Positions 9,625 through 18,901 of a stretch of DNA of 64,000 bases are shown here, one piece after another. A program made the translations under genes and the position numbers. Below the pieces are notes generated by a model. The model was not told where the DNA came from. It searched no databases and worked only from the letters and a program-made list of their open reading frames with translations. Within the stretch, counting starts at the first letter, position 1, and each line of letters opens with the position of its first letter. This DNA comes from an uncultured Elusimicrobia bacterium (GTDB lineage Bacteria > Elusimicrobiota > Elusimicrobia > 2-01-FULL-59-12). Location of the stretch: contig OY969767.1 in assembly GCA_963702895.1 (NCBI GenBank), positions 2,464,001 through 2,528,000 of the forward strand, in the 5' to 3' direction.

Positions 9625-10843
9625 CGCCGTCTAAGGTCCGCATGACAAGGCCCGTGGTGACCTTGGGATAGAAATAAGTCGATTTTTGGGGCAGGGGCCT
9701 GCCCGCTTTACAAATGCGGGCAAACACCTCTTTGTCAGGGGGCGGCAGCAGGAACACCGCATCGTATTCCCCGCGCATGAGGTGTTCCGCCATCTCGCGC
9801 GGATTTTGCCCATAGGAGATCTGCTCCAGCGGAATATCTTTGAGGACGCCCTCATGCAGCGCGACCACAGGCATGGGAGAGACTTTGTCCTTGGGCGAGA
9901 GCCAGTAGGCCGGACCACTTTTTAAAAGAAGCCCCATGCCGGAATGCTCATTCTTTCGTCTCAAGCGGCTCATGACAACGCTCAAGCCCGGGACCTTTCG
10001 AAGGATGAAATAGGGCGTGATGCGATTTTCCCATTCCGCTTGTGAGGCTTGATAGCGCACGGCTCGATGCGTCGGTTGAATGACAAGCCCCGGGTCCGTC
10101 AGGGAGCACAAAAAGGTCATCACGTAATGGTAAGCCTTTGTCTTTTTGGACGAGTGCTGGCTTGCTTGAGAGCGCTCCTGTGCATAATCCCAAGACGTTT
10201 CATACCGGTGATGGCCGTCTGCGATCAAAATATCCCCTGAAGAAACGATTTTTCTTAAGGCCTTGATCGTTGGAGGATCTGACCATTTCCATAAGCGGTG
10301 TGTGACGCCTTTGTCGTCCCGGCAAACGAGAAGCGGTTTTGCCTGCATGCGCTCGCCGATGATCTTACAGGCCTGGCTTTGGGGGTCGAAATAGATGCCA
10401 AAGATAGGGCTGATGTTGGCGCGCGTCGCGCGCATGAGCATCAGACGGTCCGCCTTATGCTTGGGGAAGGTCCGCTCATGAGGACGGATGCGGCCTCTCC
10501 CCGGTTTTTCCACACGCAGCGCCGCGAAGAACCCCTGACGCACAAAAGGCGCGCCGCTCACATTAAATCGTTGTTCATACCCGTAGAAGCATGGTTCTTT
10601 TTCTCGGATGAGCGTCTTGTTGTTCTGCCACTTCTTCCAGAAAAGCGCGGCGACCTCATATTTGTCTTTGCTGCCCTGGGTCATCGGAAGCTCCACGCGG
10701 ACCATGTTCCAGGGACTCCTGCCCATCAAGCGGTGATAGTCCGTGATGCTGATCACGTCATAGGGAGGGCAAATGATCTGGGAAAGGCTGGGGTGGCGCT
10801 TGAGGTTATAGCGAAGTGCCTTGAAAGGCGCGATCTCGACCAT
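9608..10843 (-). CDS. DUF1015 family protein
   Basis: PPYDVI, HERT, IADGHHRY, PQKSTYFYPK motifs. Confidence 0.9.
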   Translation of the reverse strand: MVEIAPFKALRYNLKRHPSLSQIICPPYDVISITDYHRLMGRSPWNMVRVELPMTQGSKDKYEVAALFWKKWQNNKTLIREKEPCFYGYEQRFNVSGAPFVRQGFFAALRVEKPGRGRIRPHERTFPKHKADRLMLMRATRANISPIFGIYFDPQSQACKIIGERMQAKPLLVCRDDKGVTHRLWKWSDPPTIKALRKIVSSGDILIADGHHRYETSWDYAQERSQASQHSSKKTKAYHYVMTFLCSLTDPGLVIQPTHRAVRYQASQAEWENRITPYFILRKVPGLSVVMSRLRRKNEHSGMGLLLKSGPAYWLSPKDKVSPMPVVALHEGVLKDIPLEQISYGQNPREMAEHLMRGEYDAVFLLPPPDKEVFARICKAGRPLPQKSTYFYPKVTTGLVMRTLDGDVSDL

Positions 10844-10880
10844 GCTGCTATTTTAGCTTAGAAGGGCTTTCGAAACGAGT

Positions 10881-12173
10881 CTAGCTGACAGGAAGCTTGG
10901 AAAAAGTTTTTTCGATGGCGGCAAGGGCCTTCTTCAGCACAGCCTTGGAGTGGGTGGTCGTGATAAAAGCGGCCTCAAAGGCGGAAGGAGGAAGGTAGAC
11001 GCCGCGTTCCAGAAGCTCATGGAAGAACGTCGCGTAGAGCGCTGTGTTGGACCTTTGAACACTGACAAGGTCGACCACAGGAGCGTTGTTGAAGAAGAGT
11101 GTCCACATGGAACCGATGCGATTGATACGGACAGGCAGGCCCGCTTCCCTTGCGATCTCTTCAATTTCACCGGTGAACCAGGTTGTTACTTTTTCAAGGG
11201 CTTTATAAGGTGATCGTGCTTTCAGGATGGTGAGCGTGGCAATGCCGGCAGCGACCGCCACGGGGTTGCCCGCCAGGGTGCCAGCCTGGTAAACAGGGCC
11301 TAGGGGAGCGACCCATTCCATGATGTCGCGCCGACCGCCATAGGCGGCCAGGGGCATTCCCCCCCCTACGATCTTGCCAAGACAGGTGAGATCTGGCGTG
11401 ACTTTATAAACGGTTTGAGCGCCGCCGTAGTTGACGCGGAAACCGCTGATCACTTCGTCAAAAATAAGAAGAGCATTATGCGCCGACGTAAGGGTTCGGA
11501 GTTCTTCCAAAAAACCCTCGCGCGGAGGGACCACGCCCATATTGGCGGCGATAGGCTCCACAATGACAGCGGCGATCGACTCGCCTTCCCTCCGAAAGAG
11601 GTCCCGAGCGGCTTCAAGATCGTTGTAGGGCAAAACGCGGGTTTTCTGGGCCAAGGAAGCCGGAATCCCGGCAGAATCGGGCGAGGAGAGCGTCAGCGCC
11701 CCGGAACCGGCCTTGACGAGGAGCGAATCGACATGCCCATGGTAACATCCGGAAAATTTCACAATCACTTCGCGCTGGGTGGCCGCTCTTGCGACACGCA
11801 AGGCGGACATCACAGCTTCCGTGCCTGAGCTGACCAAGCGCATGCGCGCCATGGACGGAACAGCCTTTTGAATAAGCTGTCCCAACTCCAGTTCCAGCTC
11901 CGTAGGAGCCCCAAAGGAGAGACCCCGCTTGGCTGTGCGGGCAATCGTTGCCGCAAGCACATTCGGTATATGCCCCAAGACAGAGGCGCCCCAAGAGCCA
12001 CAGAAGTCGATCAGCCGGTGGCCATCGGCGTCCCACACATAGGGGCCCTGGCCGCGCGTGATAAAGCGCGGCGTCCCTCCCACGCCCTTAAACGAGCGGA
12101 CCGGGGAATTCACACCACCTACAAAAACGTCCTGGGACTTCCTAAATAAGAGATCGGATTTCTTCGTTTTCAT
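10881..12173 (-). CDS. hemL: Glutamate-1-semialdehyde 2,1-aminomutase
   Basis: GGVNSPVR, SSGTEA, GCYHGH, GKIVGGGMP, QAGTLAGNP motifs. Confidence 0.96.
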   Translation of the reverse strand: MKTKKSDLLFRKSQDVFVGGVNSPVRSFKGVGGTPRFITRGQGPYVWDADGHRLIDFCGSWGASVLGHIPNVLAATIARTAKRGLSFGAPTELELELGQLIQKAVPSMARMRLVSSGTEAVMSALRVARAATQREVIVKFSGCYHGHVDSLLVKAGSGALTLSSPDSAGIPASLAQKTRVLPYNDLEAARDLFRREGESIAAVIVEPIAANMGVVPPREGFLEELRTLTSAHNALLIFDEVISGFRVNYGGAQTVYKVTPDLTCLGKIVGGGMPLAAYGGRRDIMEWVAPLGPVYQAGTLAGNPVAVAAGIATLTILKARSPYKALEKVTTWFTGEIEEIAREAGLPVRINRIGSMWTLFFNNAPVVDLVSVQRSNTALYATFFHELLERGVYLPPSAFEAAFITTTHSKAVLKKALAAIEKTFSKLPVS

Positions 12174-12212
12174 GGGTTCATTCGGGCAAAATACTACCAT
12201 TTGAACCCGTCG

Positions 12213-12241
12213 TTGACAATATCGACGGAAAATTTTACAAT
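12213..12241 (+). promoter_or_regulatory. Sigma70-like promoter of the HAD operon
   Basis: TTGACA-17 nt-TACAAT; inverted repeat ccgtcg..cgacgg (12207-12228) overlaps the -35 box. Confidence 0.7.
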
Positions 12242-12298
12242 CCGCATCGGACCCACAGCAACGACACCGTAAATATCAATCCATATCTAAAAATAAAC

Positions 12299-13003
12299 AT
12301 GATTTCGGCATTATTATTTGATTTTGGGGGCACCCTGGACTCCGATGGCGAGCATTGGCTTAACCGGTTCTATGCCATTTATCCCGATATAGGCTTACCC
12401 GAAGTGCCTAAACCAAAGATTAAAGAGGCCTTTTACTGGGCTGATGAGCAGGCGAGTATCGACCCTGCCATGCGTCAGGCCGGTCTCAGACAAATGACCG
12501 AGCTTCACGTCCGCTGGCAATTTCATAAACTGGGGCTCCATGACCGTCAGCTTGAAGTCGAAGCCGCGGCGGCCTTCTACAAACCGGCCAACCGAATTCT
12601 TCGTCGTAATCGACACGTTCTAGAGAAATTAAAACACGCTGGTTTGAAACTCGGGATCCTCTCGAATTTTTATGGCAACATCGACACACTCTGCAGGGAA
12701 TATTCCTTCTCCCCCCATTTGGACATCATCTTGGACTCGGCCGTGATCGGAATAAAAAAGCCTGACCCGAGGCTCTTTGCGCTTGCCTGCGAGCGGCTGA
12801 AGCTACCGGCCCATGAAATCGCTTTTGTCGGCGACTCCTTTGAGCGTGATATCGTCCCAGCGAAAATCCTTGGAATGAAGACGTTTTGGCTTGTTGGAGA
12901 TCGCAAGCTCACACCCCCTGAGCCCGCCAAAGTGGACTGCATCCTTCGAAGCCTGGCGGACCTCCCCCATGATCTTGTCCCTCACCACAAAGATCCCAAA
13001 TGA
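12299..13003 (+). CDS. HAD-family hydrolase
   Basis: FDFGGTLD motif I variant, SN, KKPDP, VGDSFERD. Confidence 0.88.
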   Translation: MISALLFDFGGTLDSDGEHWLNRFYAIYPDIGLPEVPKPKIKEAFYWADEQASIDPAMRQAGLRQMTELHVRWQFHKLGLHDRQLEVEAAAAFYKPANRILRRNRHVLEKLKHAGLKLGILSNFYGNIDTLCREYSFSPHLDIILDSAVIGIKKPDPRLFALACERLKLPAHEIAFVGDSFERDIVPAKILGMKTFWLVGDRKLTPPEPAKVDCILRSLADLPHDLVPHHKDPK

Positions 13004-13869
13004 AGGCAGGCATCATCGCGGCGGGATGGGGCCAGAGACTAGCTCAGAACATCCCCAAAGCCCTGACGCCCATAGGACGGAGAGCTCTGATCGATTACGC
13101 CCTCGACGGCTTGCAAGCCGCGGGGGCGAGCGAAGTGACCTGTATTGTCAACGAAGCCGCAAGGTCGGTCCCCGACTATGTGGCAAAAGCCAGTCGAAGA
13201 ATCAAAATGGACTGGGTGATTCAAACGACACCTTCGTCGATGCACAGTTTTTTAATCGTGCTGGAGCATCTCGCGAATCAGCCCTCACCCCCAACCCTCT
13301 CCCGCGTGCACGCGGGAGAGGGCGAGGTCCGCAGGGCCGCGGGTGAGGGGAGCGAAGCCTTTTTGATTACCACGGTGGACTCGGTTGGTCCGCTTTCGAT
13401 CTACAAGGATTTTGTCGAATCTTGCCAGCACTTCCCGGACGCGGATCTCTGCCTGGGGCTGACCCCCCATACCGACGACGAAAAACCCCTACGCGTGGCG
13501 ATGCGCGGCAAGGAAGGAACAGGCCTGCTCCCGGAGCGCGTGGCGCAAGATCCCCCGGCCTTTGAGATCACGGCGATGAGCAGCAACGGATTCGAAAGCG
13601 AGTTCGTGACCGCCGGCCTCTACTGGGCTCATCCGCGCATTCTCCAAGAGAAGGAGAAGGTTCTCTCCGGCGGGCTCTCAGCGCTGCGGCAGTACTTCGG
13701 CTACCTGTTAAAATATGGTTATCGTTTCTACGGTGTGCCCCTGCCGCCAGTTCTGGACGTGGACCGGCCTCAGGACATCGCAAAGGCTGCAGAATGGGAA
13801 CGCTCCGGGCTCGTGGCGCAAGCCACGGGCAGCGCCCAAGCGCCTCCAGCCGAAAGACGAGAGGGATGA
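13000..13869 (+). CDS. Nucleotidyltransferase (NTP transferase family) with in-frame palindromic insertion
   Basis: IIAAGWGQRL..PKAL signature, TPSSMHSF, TTVD, DVD motifs. Confidence 0.85.
   Translation: MKAGIIAAGWGQRLAQNIPKALTPIGRRALIDYALDGLQAAGASEVTCIVNEAARSVPDYVAKASRRIKMDWVIQTTPSSMHSFLIVLEHLANQPSPPTLSRVHAGEGEVRRAAGEGSEAFLITTVDSVGPLSIYKDFVESCQHFPDADLCLGLTPHTDDEKPLRVAMRGKEGTGLLPERVAQDPPAFEITAMSSNGFESEFVTAGLYWAHPRILQEKEKVLSGGLSALRQYFGYLLKYGYRFYGVPLPPVLDVDRPQDIAKAAEWERSGLVAQATGSAQAPPAERREG
13282..13349. repeat. CCCTCACCC...GGGTGAGGG palindromic element in frame in nucleotidyltransferase
   Basis: ccctcaccc..ccctctcccgcgtgcacgcgggagaggg..gggtgaggg. Confidence 0.85.
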
Positions 13870-14717
13870 TGCGTTTCTTGGGTATTTATCGTGAGCCAGA
13901 GTTTTCTCCTGGCCGACACCTGTCCAATGACGCCAAAATCCTGCGCTTGGTCGCACAGGCCTTAGCGTGCCAGGACATCTCGGTGCGCCTGGCCACGCTG
14001 GAAGAGGCTCGAGGCGAGTGGCAGGACGCGGACCTCATTTTCTCCATGTGTCAGGGGCCACAAGCTCTCCACGAGCTCACGCGGTGGAAGAGGCAGGGCG
14101 CTTGGATCCTCAATGACCCCGAAGCCTCTCGCCGGACCTATCGCGACAGCCTCTGTTCAGCCCTGCGCGAAGAGGATCTGAGATTTCCGCACAGCGAATT
14201 TATTTCCACGAGCGCCCACCTCCGGGACCTGGAAAGTTTTCAGCCCTGGTTCTTGAACGAAGGCGCCTGGCTTAAACGCGCGGATGTCCACGCGACCACC
14301 CCGTCCGACGTGGTGAAACTCGAACGGTGGTCAGACTTGAACTCGGTACTCGGAAGATTTCGCGCGCGCGGCCTCGAGAAAGCGGTTTTGCAGCATCATT
14401 GCCCGGGCGATGAAGTGAAGTTCTATGCCGTCAAAGGGGATCGCCTGTTTTGGCCTTACTACCCTAAAGAATCCGAAGGGCACCCTTTTGATGAAAAAGC
14501 GCTCAAAGCCCTCGCGGAGCATGCGGCCAAAACGTTGGATCTCGCCATTTATGGCGGAGACGCGATTATTTCCCCGGAAGGCAGGATCACTCTGATCGAT
14601 TTAAACGACTGGCCATCTTTCGCCCCCTGCCGGGGTGCCGCGGCCAGCGCCATCGCCAAATTCTTAAAGGATGCCTATCGTGCCCGCCAAAACAAAAGAG
14701 AAACAGCCAAAGTCTAA
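13866..14717 (+). CDS. ATP-grasp-fold protein
   Basis: WLKRAD, QHHCPGDEVKFY, IYGGDAII..IDLNDWPSF motifs. Confidence 0.72.
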   Translation: MMRFLGIYREPEFSPGRHLSNDAKILRLVAQALACQDISVRLATLEEARGEWQDADLIFSMCQGPQALHELTRWKRQGAWILNDPEASRRTYRDSLCSALREEDLRFPHSEFISTSAHLRDLESFQPWFLNEGAWLKRADVHATTPSDVVKLERWSDLNSVLGRFRARGLEKAVLQHHCPGDEVKFYAVKGDRLFWPYYPKESEGHPFDEKALKALAEHAAKTLDLAIYGGDAIISPEGRITLIDLNDWPSFAPCRGAAASAIAKFLKDAYRARQNKRETAKV

Positions 14718-16152
14718 GTTCGTCCGACGTACGACGTCCGACGCCCGCACATCTCACCCGAAACGGCCTCTGCGGGTCGCCCCTGGCCCCGAAGGACTTC
14801 AGGACGTCGGACCTCGGACGTCGGACGCCCTCACAGGCTGGCCCGGCCCAAAATCCGTCGCCCTCTTCGAAGAGGAGCAAGCTTTCCTCTCCCCAGGCAA
14901 TCAGTCGATCGCGCTCCTCTCGAAATTAACGATCGAGCGTGGCAGCGGCTGTCGCCTCACGGATGCTGACGGCAACTCCTATCTCGACTTGAATGGAGGT
15001 GTTTCGAGCGCAAGCCTTGGCCACTGCCATCCAAAGTTCGTTCAGGCGATGACGGACCAGCTCTCCAAAGTGACCCTGGGCAGTTATACCAGCCGTTCCC
15101 GTCTGGCTTTGGTCAAGTTGCTCGCGAAGATTGCCCCCAAAGGCCTGCGGCGGACTCAGTTTTTTTCCAGCGGCGCCGAAGCCGTCGAGGCCGCTTTTCG
15201 GCTCGCGAAGTCGATCACGAAGAAAAACCAGATCTTTGGGTTCTGGGGTGGCTATCATGGCAAAACACAAGGGACCCTGCCGCTTTCTCTGGTTGATTGG
15301 AAGTTCGAGCTCGGCCCCTTGATGGCCGGCTACCAACAGACGCCTTATGCGGACTGCTACCGTTGCCCCTTCCGTGCGCGCTATCCGGAATGTGGTCTGG
15401 CCTGCGCTGAATATTTCCGTGATCAGATCCGTGCGACCGCCAGAGGCGACGTCGCCGCCGTTATCGCCGAGCCTGTTCAGGGCACGGCGGGCAATATCGT
15501 TCCTCCCGATGGATTCATTCGAGCGGTATGCGAAATCGCCAAAGAGGAAGGTGCTGTCTTTATCTCGGACGAAATGATTACGGGCTTTGGCCGCACCGGT
15601 CACATGTTCGGCGTGGACCACGACAACGTCTTGCCGGACGTGATGAGCGTGGGCAAAGGCATGGGCAACGGTTTCCCCGTATCGGGCGTCATCACCACGG
15701 ACGCGCATGCCCAGGCCAGGCCCTGGTCGCTCCCCAGCGCATCCTCTTCGAGCTACGGGGGCAATCCTTTCGCGAGCGAAGCGGTGCGCGTCACGACGCA
15801 AACGATCCTCGAAGAGGACCTCGTGAACAACAGCGCCCGCGTGGGACGCGTGCTCTTGGATGGCATTCGAAAGCTCCAAGGCCACTATCCTTTTATCGGG
15901 GACGTGCGCGGGCGTGGGCTGCTGATCGGCATGGACCTGGTCAAAGACCGCAAGACAAAGGAGTTCCTGCCTGCGGTCCTTTGCGAGAAGTTCTTTTTTG
16001 AATGTTTAAAGCGCGGTCTCCTCATGATGAGTTACACGCCGCGCGTCCGCATTCATCCGCCCTTGGTCCTGAGCGAATCCGAAGCCCAGGAAGCTCTCGC
16101 CAAAATGGATGAAGCGTTGGCGACCCTTGTCTCCGACTTCGAGAAGCTATGA
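14671..16152 (+). CDS. Class III PLP aminotransferase (GabT-like) with N-terminal in-frame repeat insertion
   Basis: SGAEAVE, YHGKT, EPVQG, DEMITGFGRTG, VGKGMGNG motifs. Confidence 0.9.
   Translation: MPIVPAKTKEKQPKSKFVRRTTSDARTSHPKRPLRVAPGPEGLQDVGPRTSDALTGWPGPKSVALFEEEQAFLSPGNQSIALLSKLTIERGSGCRLTDADGNSYLDLNGGVSSASLGHCHPKFVQAMTDQLSKVTLGSYTSRSRLALVKLLAKIAPKGLRRTQFFSSGAEAVEAAFRLAKSITKKNQIFGFWGGYHGKTQGTLPLSLVDWKFELGPLMAGYQQTPYADCYRCPFRARYPECGLACAEYFRDQIRATARGDVAAVIAEPVQGTAGNIVPPDGFIRAVCEIAKEEGAVFISDEMITGFGRTGHMFGVDHDNVLPDVMSVGKGMGNGFPVSGVITTDAHAQARPWSLPSASSSSYGGNPFASEAVRVTTQTILEEDLVNNSARVGRVLLDGIRKLQGHYPFIGDVRGRGLLIGMDLVKDRKTKEFLPAVLCEKFFFECLKRGLLMMSYTPRVRIHPPLVLSESEAQEALAKMDEALATLVSDFEKL
14721..14827. 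repeat. 107-nt MITE-like element with inverted (GTCCGAC)n arms, copy 1
   Basis: cgtccgacgtacgacgtccgacg...ggacgtcggacctcggacgtcggacg; colinear with 27436-27542. Confidence 0.85.
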
Positions 16153-17219
16153 CGAAACTGCAGGGGGCTTTCATCGGCTTTGGCAAGACCGCGGAACTGG
16201 GGCACTGGCCTTCTTACACCCGCTCCTCGGACGCGGAAATTGTGGCCGTCATGGACCCCGCGCCGGCCCGCCAGCAGGCAGCACGCGTTCTTGATCCTCG
16301 CTTGCGTGTGTACGGCTCGGTGGAGGAGCTTTTCCGGACCGTGGAGCTCGATTTTGTCGATATCTGCGCGCCTCCTTCCTTTCACGCGCCCCTCGCACTC
16401 GAGGCCCTGGAGCATCGGTGTCATGTCTTGTGCGAAAAACCCTTGACCTTGAAACCTTCGGAGTATGGGGCGCTCTCCCAGGCCATGAATCGTCATGGCC
16501 GGACGGTCTTTACCGTACACAACTGGAAGTTCGCGCCCATCTTTCAAAAGGCGCTCTCGCTCATCCAGGAAGGTCGGATTGGACCGGTGTGGCATGTGGA
16601 GATCTTCACCCTGCGCGACAACGCATGCAAAGGATCAGAATCGGCGGCGCAAAGAGCGGATTGGCGAAAAAGTATGGCGGTGGCGGGCGGCGGGATTTTG
16701 GTGGACCATGGATGGCATTCGTTCTACCTTCTCTTAAACCTGGTCAACGCCGAGCCGCAGAAAATCCTCGCCAAGATGCTCAAAGATCGGGAGGATCCGG
16801 AGAGCCTGGAGGAAGCAGTCCAAGCGCTGGTGCAATTCCCGGAAGCCCATGGCTACCTCCACCTGACTTGGTGTGCCCCCACGCGTCGGAACCATGTCCT
16901 GGTTCAGGGACAAAAGGGAATACTCCTGATCGACGATGACCGACTTCTCCTCACGACGCGTGACGGCCAGCGAGAGGAAGCCCACTTTGACGCCCCGCTC
17001 TCCGCCGGATCGCATCATGCGGATTGGTTTCAAGCGCTTTTACCGGAGTTTGTCGCTGAAATCAACATTCCCTCCAAACGCGGCACCAACTTCAAGGAGG
17101 CGGGCTGGTGCCTGGCACTGACGTCGGCCGCCTATCAATCGAACCTCCAAGGTTTTAAAGAGGTCTCGGTCGACTTTCCTGGCACCTTCAACGCGCCAGT
17201 CGCTCAAGAAAGCGGCTGA
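16149..17219 (+). CDS. Gfo/Idh/MocA-family oxidoreductase
   Basis: GFGKTA Rossmann loop, CEKP, GGGILVDHGWH motifs. Confidence 0.9.
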   Translation: MTKLQGAFIGFGKTAELGHWPSYTRSSDAEIVAVMDPAPARQQAARVLDPRLRVYGSVEELFRTVELDFVDICAPPSFHAPLALEALEHRCHVLCEKPLTLKPSEYGALSQAMNRHGRTVFTVHNWKFAPIFQKALSLIQEGRIGPVWHVEIFTLRDNACKGSESAAQRADWRKSMAVAGGGILVDHGWHSFYLLLNLVNAEPQKILAKMLKDREDPESLEEAVQALVQFPEAHGYLHLTWCAPTRRNHVLVQGQKGILLIDDDRLLLTTRDGQREEAHFDAPLSAGSHHADWFQALLPEFVAEINIPSKRGTNFKEAGWCLALTSAAYQSNLQGFKEVSVDFPGTFNAPVAQESG

Positions 17220-18302
17220 TCAGTTCGGAGGCGGGGAGGTGGGTTTGAATTTGGACAGACGCCAGAAGATCCAGAGGCCAGCGCAGTTCCAGAAGATTTC
17301 ACGAACACGTCGTATGAGAGCCACCGACACACCCAACGCAGGAGGAAGCCCCAGAGCGGCCGCCGCGAGATAGTGCCCTCCTTCATAAAGACCGATCCCC
17401 GCGGGGGCAAAAAGTCCGACGACGGCAGCCAGTTGTGCCATGGCCCCCACATACCAAGCTTCACGCCAATTGACCGCGTGACCGATTAGGCGGAAGATGA
17501 TCGCCACTTCGAGGGCCCCGGCCACCCAACCCGCACTGTGCCACAACGTGCTTCCCAAGAACCGGAGTTTGCCTTCTCGGTAGAAGGCCCCGATGGAATC
17601 ATCCAGAGCGTTGAGCTTTCCTTCCTGTTTCTTCAGCCAGGGGTGCCCGGTGAGATTGTGAAGCCACGCCCCTATCCGACTCAACGACCGGCTGGCCAAA
17701 AGAAAAGTAAAGATCATAATGCCCAGACACAAGGCCATGAGCGCGATGAGCGTTTTAGGGTGATGGGCGAGTCCCGGTTGTCCGCGTTGCGTGCCGAGCG
17801 TTAGTCCGACGCCTACAAAAAGCACCAGTCCTATGCTTTGCGCGGCTTTTGCGATCAGGACAGAAGACGCCGCTTCGCGCAAGGGGACCCACCGGGATAA
17901 GAGCTGCGCTTTTAAGGGCTCGCCACCGACATAACCAGAGGGCAAAAGAGAATTAAAAGTTTCGCCGGAGAGGCGGATCTGCAATAACCGCAAGAGAGGC
18001 TGATTGGCATATTCCTGATGCAGCGCCATGCGCCACCCTTGAGTGTTGAGCAGATTCCAGCTCACAGCATAAACAATCACCAGGAGGTAGCCCCAGCCGA
18101 TCATGCCAAGGGAATGTTGGATCTGCTGCCATCCCACTTCGTGGATGAGAAAAACGACGATCGCCACTCCGATCAGAACACCCAAAGCGCGGAGGAGGGT
18201 CATGAAGCGACTTTTCCGAGGATCAGGCTCGCCCAGAAGTTGATGGTAGATAGCCCTCAGCGACACTAAAAACGCGATACCTAGGGGCGCGTGAACAGGC
18301 AT
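17220..18302 (-). CDS. Lysylphosphatidylglycerol-synthase-TM / flippase-like membrane protein (start may be 18203)
   Basis: Multiple TM segments, GETFNSLLP..GGEPLK, PAGIGLYEGG, RRVREIFW. Confidence 0.8.
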   Translation of the reverse strand: MPVHAPLGIAFLVSLRAIYHQLLGEPDPRKSRFMTLLRALGVLIGVAIVVFLIHEVGWQQIQHSLGMIGWGYLLVIVYAVSWNLLNTQGWRMALHQEYANQPLLRLLQIRLSGETFNSLLPSGYVGGEPLKAQLLSRWVPLREAASSVLIAKAAQSIGLVLFVGVGLTLGTQRGQPGLAHHPKTLIALMALCLGIMIFTFLLASRSLSRIGAWLHNLTGHPWLKKQEGKLNALDDSIGAFYREGKLRFLGSTLWHSAGWVAGALEVAIIFRLIGHAVNWREAWYVGAMAQLAAVVGLFAPAGIGLYEGGHYLAAAALGLPPALGVSVALIRRVREIFWNCAGLWIFWRLSKFKPTSPPPN

Positions 18303-18346
18303 GGGGAGATTCTACGGCATCCGTCAAATTTAATAAACGGCAAACT

Positions 18347-18416
18347 TCGTAAATCGTGAATCGTAAATAGTTTGTGGGGACGGCCTCGTAAACCATTCAC
18401 TATTCACCATTCACGA
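18347..18416. repeat. Inverted heptamer-array element
   Basis: (tcgtRaa)x3 on the left and (Yattcac)x3 on the right are complementary. Confidence 0.7.
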
Positions 18417-18509
18417 TGTATGCCGTTCCCACAGCAGAAACCCCTTTCCGCAGCCCGTATACTTCAGACTGGGGAAAGGGGCTCTGGGTGTGACGTGGTA
18501 TGGAATGGA

Positions 18510-18731
18510 TTACCTTCTCTTCATCTTGGCGCGAGACACATCGCCCGCCTTGTCCAAGAAGTAGAGATAGCCCGCAGCTTTCTTTACTCCGACTTTCGCG
18601 ACTTTCTCTGGCTTGCCGCCCTTTTTACCACCACGTGCCATCTTCGCACGGGAGACATCCCCTTGCTTGTCGATGAAATAAAGGTAGCCGTCCTGTCGCT
18701 TCACGCCTGCTTTCGCCACTTTTTCTGCCAT
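18510..18731 (-). CDS. Small basic protein made of two tandem ~33-aa repeats
   Basis: EKVAKxGVK..GYLYFxDKxGDVSRAKM occurs twice; RBS gaggtga. Confidence 0.85.
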   Translation of the reverse strand: MAEKVAKAGVKRQDGYLYFIDKQGDVSRAKMARGGKKGGKPEKVAKVGVKKAAGYLYFLDKAGDVSRAKMKRR

Positions 18732-18782
18732 GTTGTTGTCACCTCCCTCGTCAGTAAGATGGGAATATTTTAAAGCGGATTC

Positions 18783-18812
18783 ATTCTATACCGTCGACAA
18801 AGAATCTGTCAA
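18783..18812 (-). promoter_or_regulatory. Sigma70-like promoter of the small basic protein
   Basis: Minus strand TTGACA-18 nt-TAGAAT. Confidence 0.6.
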
Positions 18813-18901
18813 CACTAATTTTCCGACGAAAGAGAATAGAGGCGTTACGGGAGAGTTTTTGGGCTCCTCTTTTGCCGCGGGGAGGGCTCTGAGCGCCTCT
18901 C

